Assembly (NCBI GenBank): GCA_038230375.1 | Contig: JBBRNJ010000033.1 | Span: forward strand, 22,232-86,231 | DNA: 64,000 nucleotides | Direction of reading: 5' to 3' | Source of the DNA: Polyangiales bacterium | GTDB lineage: Bacteria > Myxococcota_A > Polyangia > Polyangiales > Polyangiaceae | Shown here: positions 42,645-50,756 of the stretch, in pieces | Layout: the number at the start of each line of letters is the position of its first letter | Position numbering within the stretch: position 1 is the first letter of the stretch | The notes under the pieces: model-generated | The model's input: only the letters and a program-made list of their open reading frames with translations | The model's database searches: none | Told to the model about the DNA's origin: nothing | Position numbers and translations under genes: made by a program

Positions 42645-43409
42645 GGATTTGGGCCAGACGGGGGAGCGGCGCTCGAAGAAGGAGTTCATGGCTTCGTTGT
42701 GCTCGGCGGACATCCAGGTGCCCATGAACTTCTCGCGCTCGATCTCGCGCGCCTCGGCTGGGGTGCGCTTCGTGTGCGTGAGGAGCTGCTTCATCTGCGC
42801 GACGGCCTCGGGGCCGCCTTGCTCGATCAGCGCGGCCCACTCGAGCGCGAGCGCGAGCGCCTCACCGGGCTTCGAGACCGCGTCGACGATGCCTAGCGCC
42901 TTCGCCTCCTCCGCGTGGATGTCCTCGGCCAGGAAGAGGAGCCGCGACGCAGTGCCGACCCCACACACGTTGATGAGACGCTCCGTGGTTCCCCACGCCG
43001 TGGTCACGCCCATGCGCACCTGACGGAACGAGATGATTCCGCTCGGGTCCAGGATCCGCACGTCGCACGCCATCGCGAGCTCCGCGCCGCCACCGATCGC
43101 GGCGCCCGGCATCGCGCAGACGATCGGCGCGCGCATCTCTTCCATGCGTCGGGTGAGCTGGTAGCCAAGGTCGGTGAAGATGCGGACCTCTTCTTCTTCG
43201 TCCGTCTCGCGCAGCTCGCGCAGGTCGCCGCCGGACACAAACGTGTCGCCGCTCCCCGTCAGGATGACCGCCCGCAGCGCGCGATCTTTGCCGAGCGCAT
43301 GCACGCGCTGGCTGAGCGCCTGCAGCGTCTTGTAGTCGATCGCGTTCTTCGTCTTGGGCTGCTCGATCGTCCAGATCTCGACGCTGCCACGACGTTCAAC
43401 CTTCAACAC
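42642..43409 (-). CDS. Enoyl-CoA hydratase/isomerase family protein
   Basis: NAID, VILTGSGDTFVSGGDL, G.AIGGGAELAMACDVR, AEEA..LGIVD. Confidence 0.9.
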   Translation of the reverse strand: MLKVERRGSVEIWTIEQPKTKNAIDYKTLQALSQRVHALGKDRALRAVILTGSGDTFVSGGDLRELRETDEEEEVRIFTDLGYQLTRRMEEMRAPIVCAMPGAAIGGGAELAMACDVRILDPSGIISFRQVRMGVTTAWGTTERLINVCGVGTASRLLFLAEDIHAEEAKALGIVDAVSKPGEALALALEWAALIEQGGPEAVAQMKQLLTHTKRTPAEAREIEREKFMGTWMSAEHNEAMNSFFERRSPVWPKS

Positions 43410-43424
43410 GGCGCCACCTCCATC

Positions 43425-44411
43425 TCAGGCCTTGACGCGCCGAGCCCTCTGTTCGGCAAGGATGTTCGGATCTTTGTCGCCGAACGTCGCCGTGCGACGG
43501 GCCTTCTTTCGCTGCTTGCGGCGGAGGACGAACTTCTCGGCGTGCTGGATGATTGCGCCTGCGACGTCGACGCCGCTCGTGCGTTCGATGCCCTCGAGGC
43601 CGGGAGAGCTGTTGATCTCCAGGATCTTCGGCCCGTCCTTGCCCTCGAGCATGTCGACGCCGCCGATCTCGAGGCCCATGACCTTCACTGCGGTGACCGC
43701 CGCGGCGATGTAGCTCTTCGGCAGATCCACGCGCACGCCGAGGCCACCGCGATGGAGGTTCGAGCGAAACTCGCCCTTCTTCGCCTGACGACGCATCGCC
43801 GCGATCACGCGACCGCCGACCACGATGGCGCGGTAGTCCTTGCCCTTCGACTCGGAGATGTACTCCTGCAGGATGATGTCCTGGCCCATGGCCCAGAGCG
43901 TCTCGAGCAGCGAGGTCGCCGCTTCGCGCGTCTCCGCGATCATCGTGCCGATGCCTTGCGTGCCTTGCTGGAGCTTGATGATCGCGGGCGCGCCGCCGAT
44001 GAACGAGAGCGCCTGATCGACCGAGTCCGGCGAGCGCGCGCAGACGGTCTTCGGTACGTCGAGATCCTTCTTCGTGAGGAGCTGGAAGGCGCGCAATTTG
44101 TCCCGCGACCGCGCAATGGCCACAGCAGTGTTGAGCACGGGCACGCCCATCAGATCGAACTGACGCACGACCGCGAGGCCGTAGTTCGTGATCGACGCAC
44201 CGATGCGCGGGATGACCAGGTCAGCGCGCGGGATCGGATGGTCGCCAAGGAACATGTCGGGGCGCCCGCGCGACACGGCGAGGTTGAAGTCGAGCGGGTC
44301 CGCGACCGTCACTTCGTGTCCGCGGGCACGCGCGGCGAGCACGATGCGGCTCGTCGAATAGAGCATTGCGTTGCGAGAAAGGATGAGGAAGTGCACGGGC
44401 GCTCCAGCCAT
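43425..44411 (-). CDS. rimK: RimK-family alpha-L-glutamate ligase (ATP-grasp)
   Basis: LYST.R, IPRIGASIT.YG.AV.RQF, SRDKLR, GTQGIG, QEYI.E..G.D.R, FRSNLHRGG, EINSSPGLEGIE. Confidence 0.9.
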   Translation of the reverse strand: MAGAPVHFLILSRNAMLYSTSRIVLAARARGHEVTVADPLDFNLAVSRGRPDMFLGDHPIPRADLVIPRIGASITNYGLAVVRQFDLMGVPVLNTAVAIARSRDKLRAFQLLTKKDLDVPKTVCARSPDSVDQALSFIGGAPAIIKLQQGTQGIGTMIAETREAATSLLETLWAMGQDIILQEYISESKGKDYRAIVVGGRVIAAMRRQAKKGEFRSNLHRGGLGVRVDLPKSYIAAAVTAVKVMGLEIGGVDMLEGKDGPKILEINSSPGLEGIERTSGVDVAGAIIQHAEKFVLRRKQRKKARRTATFGDKDPNILAEQRARRVKA

Positions 44412-44467
44412 CGCATGCCTTTGGCCCGTACGCGAGTCCCGTCTTATAAATTCGTGATTCCGGAACG

Positions 44468-44620
44468 TTAGCGCCGGGCGACCTGCGACGCGACCTGAGA
44501 CGCGACCTGCGCATTGGCCCGGCTCGATCCGGCCCGCGGCACGAGCGCGGCCAGCGCGATCAGGATGATCGCGAGGAGCCGGAGAGTCGTGTGAGCGCGG
44601 GCGGAGAGCATCGGGTTCAT
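44468..44620 (-). CDS. Putative 50-aa signal-peptide-like small protein with QVAS repeats
   Basis: MNPMLSARAHTTLRLLAIILIALAALVPRAGSSRANAQVASQVASQVARR: a hydrophobic core, ANA cleavage-like site and 12-nt repeat. Confidence 0.4.
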   Translation of the reverse strand: MNPMLSARAHTTLRLLAIILIALAALVPRAGSSRANAQVASQVASQVARR

Positions 44621-44806
44621 CACGGAACTTGCATTCTCCGTGCCTCCATTCGAATGTGGGGCCGCCGGGCTTTTTTTCAAGGGCGAGCGCATCGCGTCCC
44701 TCCGTCGACGACTCTCATGGGCCTGACGGCGGCGTCACTGGCGTGGCTGGGTGACCACAGTCCTGAGATGCGCTCTCGAGGCTCGTGTAGGTGTAGAGTG
44801 GAGCCC

Positions 44807-45685
44807 GTGACAGGCACCGACGAAGACTCCCTCACGGACCTGCCCCCGCTCGATGGTGGCGACGAGGACGAAGGTGTGCCCGAGCCCGAGGACTTCGAGG
44901 GGGACGACGTGAAGTCCGGCGAGGGCGATCTGGACGACACGACCGGGGAGCTCGATCCCGTGGAATTCCTGCCGGATTCGCTCGATGCCGCGGCCGACAA
45001 CGCCATGGCCGACGCCGAGGAGAGCCGCGATCTCGATATCGGAGCCATCGAACTGCTCGGCGACGAGGGCGAGAGCCTCCTCACGGACAACGACGAGCCC
45101 GGCACCGACAACGAGCTGCTCGACATCGAGGAGAGCGAAGAGGGCGTTCGCGACGCTGGTGAAGAGGGCCCCGCACACGAGGACGACGGGCAGTCCCTGG
45201 GTGAGCTTCCGCCGATGGACGCGGACGAGGAGGGCGCGCTCGAGGACGAGGCATTCTTCGACGGCCTCGCGGACGAGATTGCGGCCCCGTGGGCGGACGA
45301 CGCCTGGGAAAAGATTGCGGAGCATCGCGACTCGGAGGCCATCGCCCAGATCGCACGGCTCGCGCTCGAGGCCGGGCTCGAGGCGCTCTCCGTGAGCCCG
45401 GCTCCCGACCCCACGAAGCTCACCGCAGGCCTTTCGGGGATGGCGTCGGTGAGCGCGGTCGCGGAGCTTCCTGGGTTCCTGGCGTGCGCGCGCGCCAAGC
45501 CAGGGCAGGATGCATCCATCGTGTTTCTGTACGCGGAGGAGATGGGCGCGCGGACCATCGCGGAGCTCGGGACGCCGGAGGCGTTCGAGGTGAGTCGCCT
45601 GGCATACGACGCCGCGACGGGGATACTGTGGGTCGTCGGGGAGTTCGGGCTCGTGGGCCTCCGCAAGTCGGGCCGGTCCGCGTAG
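44807..45685 (+). CDS. Hypothetical protein with a very acidic N-terminal half
   Basis: About 170 D/E-rich residues followed by a short beta-rich C-domain. Start at GTG 44798 or 44807. Confidence 0.7.
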   Translation: MTGTDEDSLTDLPPLDGGDEDEGVPEPEDFEGDDVKSGEGDLDDTTGELDPVEFLPDSLDAAADNAMADAEESRDLDIGAIELLGDEGESLLTDNDEPGTDNELLDIEESEEGVRDAGEEGPAHEDDGQSLGELPPMDADEEGALEDEAFFDGLADEIAAPWADDAWEKIAEHRDSEAIAQIARLALEAGLEALSVSPAPDPTKLTAGLSGMASVSAVAELPGFLACARAKPGQDASIVFLYAEEMGARTIAELGTPEAFEVSRLAYDAATGILWVVGEFGLVGLRKSGRSA

Positions 45686-45731
45686 CGAATACTGGGACGA
45701 AACGGCGCGTTTTGGTAATGCAAAGCACGCC

Positions 45732-46904
45732 ATGAGGATCGTTCAGAAGTACGGCGGTTCGTCGGTTGCCACGGTCGAGAAGCTCGGGCAAGTGGCAGAC
45801 ATGGTCGCCGCGGCGCGGCGGCGCGGGGACGACGTGGTGGTCGTCGTGAGCGCCATGGGGAAGACAACGGACGACCTGATCGCGCTCGCCAAGAAGGTCT
45901 CGCCGGAGCCGGCGCGGCGTGAGCTCGACATGCTGGTCTCGACTGGCGAGCGCGTGTCCATGGCCCTGCTCTCGATCGCGATGCATGCGCGCGGCATCGA
46001 CTCCATCAGCTTCACGGGCAGCCAGTCCGGCATCATCACGAGCGACCGTCACTTCGACGCGCGCATACTGGAGGTGCGTCCGTACCGGATCGAGGACGAG
46101 CTCGATCGCGGCAAGGTCGTCATCGTCGCCGGCTACCAGGGCATGAGCTACAAGAAGGAGATCACGACGCTGGGACGCGGCGGCTCCGACACGACCGCGG
46201 TCGCGCTGGCAGCGGCGCTGGGCGCGGATCGCTGTGAGATCTACAGCGACGTGGACGGTGTCTACTCCGCGGACCCGCGCGTGGTCGCCGACGCGTCGCA
46301 CCTGCCGGAGCTGCGCCTGGAGCTCTTGCAGGAGATGGCGGAGGCGGGCGCGAAGGTCCTGAACGCGCAGGCGGTGGAGTGGGCGCGGCGCTCGAAGATC
46401 GCGATCCATGCGCGCAAGACGGGCGACTCGGTCGGCGCGAATGGCCACCCCGAGAAGCAGACCGTGGCGCGCGAAGACGCGGATGCGCGCGCGCGTGCGG
46501 TCACGGGTCTCGGGCGCGTGGTCTGCGTTTCCGCGGCGGATGTGGGCGCGCTGGCGGCGCTGCTGACGGAGCTGCGCGTACCCGCCCTGGACGTGTCGGT
46601 AGACGATGGTGGACAGGCACGCGCGGTGCTCCCGCTGCTCAACGTTCCCGACTGGCCTCGCTGCGAGGCGGCGCTCGTCGCCGCGGGCGTGACCATGAGT
46701 GAGGAGCGCTCGTTCGTCAGCGTCGTCGGTGATGGGCTCTTGTCGGAAGGCAGGAGCTTGCCCATGTTCTTGCGGTCGTTGCGCGATGCGAACGTGATGG
46801 TGCACGCCGTGCGGGCGACGCCGCTGCGCCTGAGTGCGGTGGTGCCAACGAGCGCACAGAACGATGCGGAGCGGGCGCTGCACGCCGCGCTGGTCCGCGG
46901 TTAG
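45732..46904 (+). CDS. lysC: Aspartate kinase
   Basis: [50 protein letters not shown], and a divergent ACT-like C-terminus. Confidence 0.93.
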   Translation: MRIVQKYGGSSVATVEKLGQVADMVAAARRRGDDVVVVVSAMGKTTDDLIALAKKVSPEPARRELDMLVSTGERVSMALLSIAMHARGIDSISFTGSQSGIITSDRHFDARILEVRPYRIEDELDRGKVVIVAGYQGMSYKKEITTLGRGGSDTTAVALAAALGADRCEIYSDVDGVYSADPRVVADASHLPELRLELLQEMAEAGAKVLNAQAVEWARRSKIAIHARKTGDSVGANGHPEKQTVAREDADARARAVTGLGRVVCVSAADVGALAALLTELRVPALDVSVDDGGQARAVLPLLNVPDWPRCEAALVAAGVTMSEERSFVSVVGDGLLSEGRSLPMFLRSLRDANVMVHAVRATPLRLSAVVPTSAQNDAERALHAALVRG

Positions 46905-46908
46905 GATC

Positions 46909-46942
46909 GGGCACGGGCACGGGCACGGGCACGAGCACGGGG
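46909..46942 (+). repeat. (GGGCAC)n hexamer repeat between convergent genes; G-quadruplex-compatible
   Basis: GGG runs at 46909, 46915, 46921 and 46927 separated by CAC, then GAGCAC GGGG. Confidence 0.85.
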
Positions 46943-46982
46943 CCTGCCGCTTTGCGCTTGGCCAGTGATCCGTGGCCCTGGC

Positions 46983-47600
46983 TCAGCGATCGGCAAACAC
47001 CGCGATGGCTTTTCGGATGCCTCTTGCGTCCACGGGATGCGAGACGGGATCCGTCACCACGACCGTCGAGAGCGCCTTGATGTGGATGCGGGCCTCGCGG
47101 GCCAGCGGCTCGTCGTTCGTGACTTTTGCTCGCGCGAGGATGGTTCGCCATACGGCCAGCGCGGCGGGCATCTGACCGGCGGTCATGTACCAGAGACCCA
47201 GCCTGGCGAGGGCGCGCGGGTCTTCGCGTGCTGCGTCCTCGAGATCCTTCGCGGCGAGGTCGGCGAAGCCAAGGGACCAGCGCACACGGGCGCGGCCGAT
47301 CTTCGCGTCGCTCGATGTTGGCAGGTGGGACAGGGCCACGGTGTAGACGCGCTCGGCCTCGCGAACGTCACCACGACGCTCTCGCAAGGCACCCAGTCCC
47401 ACGTAGGCGGGCTCACAGCTGGGATCGAGCGTGAGCGCCTCGGTGTAGCGGCGGATGGCCACGTCGTCGTCGCTCTGTGCCTCGTGGGCTTGTGCCATCG
47501 CGACCAGATCGAGCGCCGCGGAGGCATGCGCGGCCCGCGGCAGGAGCACCACGCCCAGCAGCGCTCCACAACAGACCAGCGCACGAACGAAACCACGCAC
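46983..47600 (-). CDS. Secreted TPR protein
   Basis: Signal peptide (..LLGVVLLPRAAHA) and TPR helices (AIRRYTEALTLDP..AYVGLG). Start at GTG 47600. Confidence 0.75.
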   Translation of the reverse strand: MRGFVRALVCCGALLGVVLLPRAAHASAALDLVAMAQAHEAQSDDDVAIRRYTEALTLDPSCEPAYVGLGALRERRGDVREAERVYTVALSHLPTSSDAKIGRARVRWSLGFADLAAKDLEDAAREDPRALARLGLWYMTAGQMPAALAVWRTILARAKVTNDEPLAREARIHIKALSTVVVTDPVSHPVDARGIRKAIAVFADR

Positions 47601-47691
47601 CCATGAAGTGTAGCGCAACTCGCCACTTCGGCCGCGCCTGCTCATGGTGAGGTCAGCGGAGCACCCCCGAAAGTGACGTATGCTTGGGGGG

Positions 47692-48279
47692 ATGGATGTG
47701 GATGACATTCTCGTACCTGCGGTGATCGTGCCGGTCGCGATCGTAGTGGTGCTGCTCGTGGGAGTGGGCGTGGCGGTCTTCACCATCATGATGGGCAAGA
47801 AGAAGGGCCGTTCGCTCGATGCGTGGGCGCGGGGTGCCTATTCGATCTTCACGGGCGGCGACGACTCCGCGAGCTGGGCCCGAGAGCGCGCGCAGAACGC
47901 GTTCCGTGATTGGTATGGAGCACCAAGCGGCGGAATGGCGCAGAACGTGATCGAGGAGCTCATCAACGGGCAGACCGGCAACGAGGCGTGGGACAAGGTA
48001 CGCGCGCTCGATCTGGTGCGGATGGCACTGGCTGCAGGATACATCGATCTAGATCAGTCGAAGGCGTACCAGGCGCGCATCGGCCAAGCACTGCAGCGCT
48101 CCCACCAGGGCTGGGAGCAGCTGGCGCAGGCGTTCGAGCAGGGAATGAGCGCGTGGCACCGCCGCCAGAACCAAACAAACCCGCAAGAGACCCAGCGGGT
48201 CCAGCGCCATCTCCCGATCCTGCGCGCGCAGATCTGGCCCACGATCCCGTGGAACACCGTCCTCGTAACCCCCGACTGA
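47692..48279 (+). CDS. Membrane-anchored DUF1266-like protein
   Basis: N-terminal TM helix. AWD..R...L.R....AGY..(W) pattern as recalled for DUF1266. Confidence 0.65.
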   Translation: MDVDDILVPAVIVPVAIVVVLLVGVGVAVFTIMMGKKKGRSLDAWARGAYSIFTGGDDSASWARERAQNAFRDWYGAPSGGMAQNVIEELINGQTGNEAWDKVRALDLVRMALAAGYIDLDQSKAYQARIGQALQRSHQGWEQLAQAFEQGMSAWHRRQNQTNPQETQRVQRHLPILRAQIWPTIPWNTVLVTPD

Positions 48280-48558
48280 CTATTCCGGCTTCGCTTTCTC
48301 CGCGAGATCGATCGCCGCATCGAGAGCAACCCCCACGACTCCATTCACCCCGCGAATGGAAGCATGCGTGGCGTTCACCACGGCGTCGTGGAACACGTGC
48401 ACCGTCTTCGCAGGCACGGCGATCGGCGAGATCGCCTCGAGCACGGTGAACGGCCGCTTCGCCGTCTCCAGCTGGATGGTCTCCACTGCGCGCGAGCCGT
48501 GCTCCACGGCGTCCGTCAGCAGCTTGCGCACGCCGCGTACGAGTTTCAACGAGCTCAT
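48280..48558 (-). CDS. Small helical hypothetical protein, translationally coupled to the hydrolase
   Basis: ATG 48558 overlaps the hydrolase stop (ATGA). 92 aa, amphipathic helices. Confidence 0.7.
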   Translation of the reverse strand: MSSLKLVRGVRKLLTDAVEHGSRAVETIQLETAKRPFTVLEAISPIAVPAKTVHVFHDAVVNATHASIRGVNGVVGVALDAAIDLAEKAKPE

Positions 48559-49544
48559 GGTGTCTCGGTCTCCGGGAGCGGGCGCCCGAGGAATTCCCGG
48601 ATGGTCTCCCACACGCGATCGTGACACGGCAGCGCGACGTGCGAAAGGCCTGGAAGGTACTTCACGTTGTCCTGCGGCAGCGCCAGGTGCGCCTTCTCCG
48701 TGATCGTGTCGAAGCTGCCGCTGTGGACGGGCACCATCACGTCGCCAAACCACATCGCGAGCTGCGGATCCTCCGAGACGGACGCGCAGACGAGGAAATG
48801 CTCCACCTGCGGCAGGAGCGCCACCGGGTGCTTCTCGTCGCGCAGGGAGAAGCGGGGGAGCCGGCGTGCGCGATCCTTGTCCGTGACGTCGGCGTCGCCG
48901 AGATCCTTGATGCCATCGCTGCGCAGGTTCGCGATGTCGGCGATCAGATGCGTGTACGGATCGGGGATGGCCGCGAGGAGCCTGGTGAGGACGCGCCCGG
49001 CGCGCTCCATGGGTGCGCCACGGTGCGGCGTGCCCACGTAGATGGCGCGGCGCACGAGCGGAAGCCACGCGAGCGATTCCTCGGCGGCGATGTGACAGGC
49101 GCTGCGCGCGACCAGCCCTCCCATGCTGTAGCCAACGAGCAAGACCTCCGTCACCGGCACCGGATGCGCCGCCACGAGGTCCGTCAACAGGCGCGCAAAC
49201 GCGGCGCCGTTCTGCGGGATCGGAAGTCCGCTGTTGTAGCGAACGTAGTACGGCGTGATGCCGAAGTCGCGCTGCATGCGCGCGCCGTAGTCCTCACAAT
49301 CACCGGAGAAAAAAGCCTCCTCGGTGTTCATCAGGCCGTGCAGTAGCACGCACACGCGCGACGTCGCGTCGGGGTGAAGCGCGCGGAGCGACTCGGTGTC
49401 GAGTGGCACGCGCACGCCCTTGGACATCACGGCCATGTCGAACGCGAGCTCGTTGTCGGTGCGCGCAAGGTGGTCGCCGATGAGCCCGTTCACGATGCCG
49501 AGCGCGAACGAGAGCTTGGAGGTGCGAGGCGCGTCTTCGCTCAC
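48555..49544 (-). CDS. Alpha/beta hydrolase (PGAP1/lipase-like)
   Basis: LLHGLM, RYNSG, GYSMGG nucleophile elbow, GTPHRGAP, GD..VP, terminal His. Start at GTG 49544. Confidence 0.85.
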   Translation of the reverse strand: MSEDAPRTSKLSFALGIVNGLIGDHLARTDNELAFDMAVMSKGVRVPLDTESLRALHPDATSRVCVLLHGLMNTEEAFFSGDCEDYGARMQRDFGITPYYVRYNSGLPIPQNGAAFARLLTDLVAAHPVPVTEVLLVGYSMGGLVARSACHIAAEESLAWLPLVRRAIYVGTPHRGAPMERAGRVLTRLLAAIPDPYTHLIADIANLRSDGIKDLGDADVTDKDRARRLPRFSLRDEKHPVALLPQVEHFLVCASVSEDPQLAMWFGDVMVPVHSGSFDTITEKAHLALPQDNVKYLPGLSHVALPCHDRVWETIREFLGRPLPETETP

Positions 49545-49545
49545 G

Positions 49546-50748
49546 TCAGTCTCCGGGGTTGAAGATGATCGGGTACACGACGATGACGGTGCCGCCCTCG
49601 GGCTCCGGAAACGTGAGCTTCGAGAACTCGCCAACCACGCACTGCACGACCGTGTTGTCTACGAGCGCAGTGCCCTCCGTTGGCTTTGCCGAGCTGACCC
49701 TGCCATCACGTTCGATGACGAATCGGACCTCCACCTTGCCGTTCAGGTTGCCGCTGCGTCGAAGGCCCGCCTCGTAGCAGGTGCGCATTCCGCTGAAATT
49801 CGCGCGTACGATCCTCTGGATGATCTCTGGCGGCAGTCGCCCGCCGCTGGTCGGAACGCCCGAGCCGGCGCGCGGGGGAGTCACCATCAAGGTCGCGTTC
49901 AACGCTGGCACGCGCTCGATCTTGCCGGCGACCTCCCAGTCGCGTTCAACCCGAAGGAGCTCATCGAGCGACGCAACGAGCGCAGAGAAGGGCACGTCAT
50001 TGTCTGCGTACACGAACGCCTGATCGAACTTGTGATCTTGCGGGCCACGATGTTCGCCGTGCTCTCGCCACGCGGCCTGGGCCATTGCACCAAGGCTCGC
50101 GGGGCCGCCGAGCGAGACGCCGCCGTCGCCCTTGTCGGCTTTGTCGCGCTCTCGCCAGGACGCGACCGCGTTCGCGCGCGTGACCTCCACGACGAGGCCC
50201 ACCGTGGGTCCCGTGCGGTCCATGCTCGGGGGGCCCGGCACGAACGCATCGACCGGCAGCATCGCTGTTGCGCCGTTCTTTTGCCGAACCACGAACGCGG
50301 CGTTCGGGTAGCCCGCGAAGGCGGCCGTCTGCAGGACGCTCTTCACGACCACCAGACCTTCGGTCGCGTCGAACGCGAGGAGCAGGACCCCTGGGAAATC
50401 CGCTCCCGGATGCGCGGTCTTCCACGACTCGCGCCGCGCCTTCAGGGCATTGAACATTCCGTCAACGCGCGTGAGTCGGCCCGTCTTCGCGATCGCCGCG
50501 CTGTCTCCGACGTCCTTGCTGTCGAGCCAGACGTGGTTGTTCTTCACGACGACGATGGCGCGCCCATCTGTCGGCATGGGCTGCGCGTGCTCGGCCGAGA
50601 CCAGCGCTACATCCGCGAACGGACCTGTATTCGGCGCGCCAGAGGGCGCCTGGGAGGGCGATGCAGAACTGGACGACGGCCGTGGAGGCGCAGCCGTTGC
50701 CGCGCATCCGCACATGAGAAGGGAAAGAAGGAAGCCCCCGCGCTTCAC
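49546..50748 (-). CDS. Lipoprotein with two ExbD-like domains and an AgmX/PglI-type TonB C-terminal domain
   Basis: Lipobox-like MCGC, LLAFDA....VVKSVLQTAAFAGY and VYADNDVPFSALVASLDEL, then GRLPPEIIQRIVRANF...R.CYE..L...G.V.VRFVI..DG.V..C..FP.P.GG.V.VVYP. Confidence 0.8.
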   Translation of the reverse strand: MKRGGFLLSLLMCGCAATAAPPRPSSSSASPSQAPSGAPNTGPFADVALVSAEHAQPMPTDGRAIVVVKNNHVWLDSKDVGDSAAIAKTGRLTRVDGMFNALKARRESWKTAHPGADFPGVLLLAFDATEGLVVVKSVLQTAAFAGYPNAAFVVRQKNGATAMLPVDAFVPGPPSMDRTGPTVGLVVEVTRANAVASWRERDKADKGDGGVSLGGPASLGAMAQAAWREHGEHRGPQDHKFDQAFVYADNDVPFSALVASLDELLRVERDWEVAGKIERVPALNATLMVTPPRAGSGVPTSGGRLPPEIIQRIVRANFSGMRTCYEAGLRRSGNLNGKVEVRFVIERDGRVSSAKPTEGTALVDNTVVQCVVGEFSKLTFPEPEGGTVIVVYPIIFNPGD

Positions 50749-50756
50749 GCGACCCC

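Noticed and set aside
43425..46904. RimK + acidic protein + amino-acid kinase as a LysW/AmCP carrier pathway
   Set aside because: The acidic protein lacks the zinc-finger and C-terminal EDWGE of LysW. The kinase is an aspartokinase and the ligase is canonical RimK-like.
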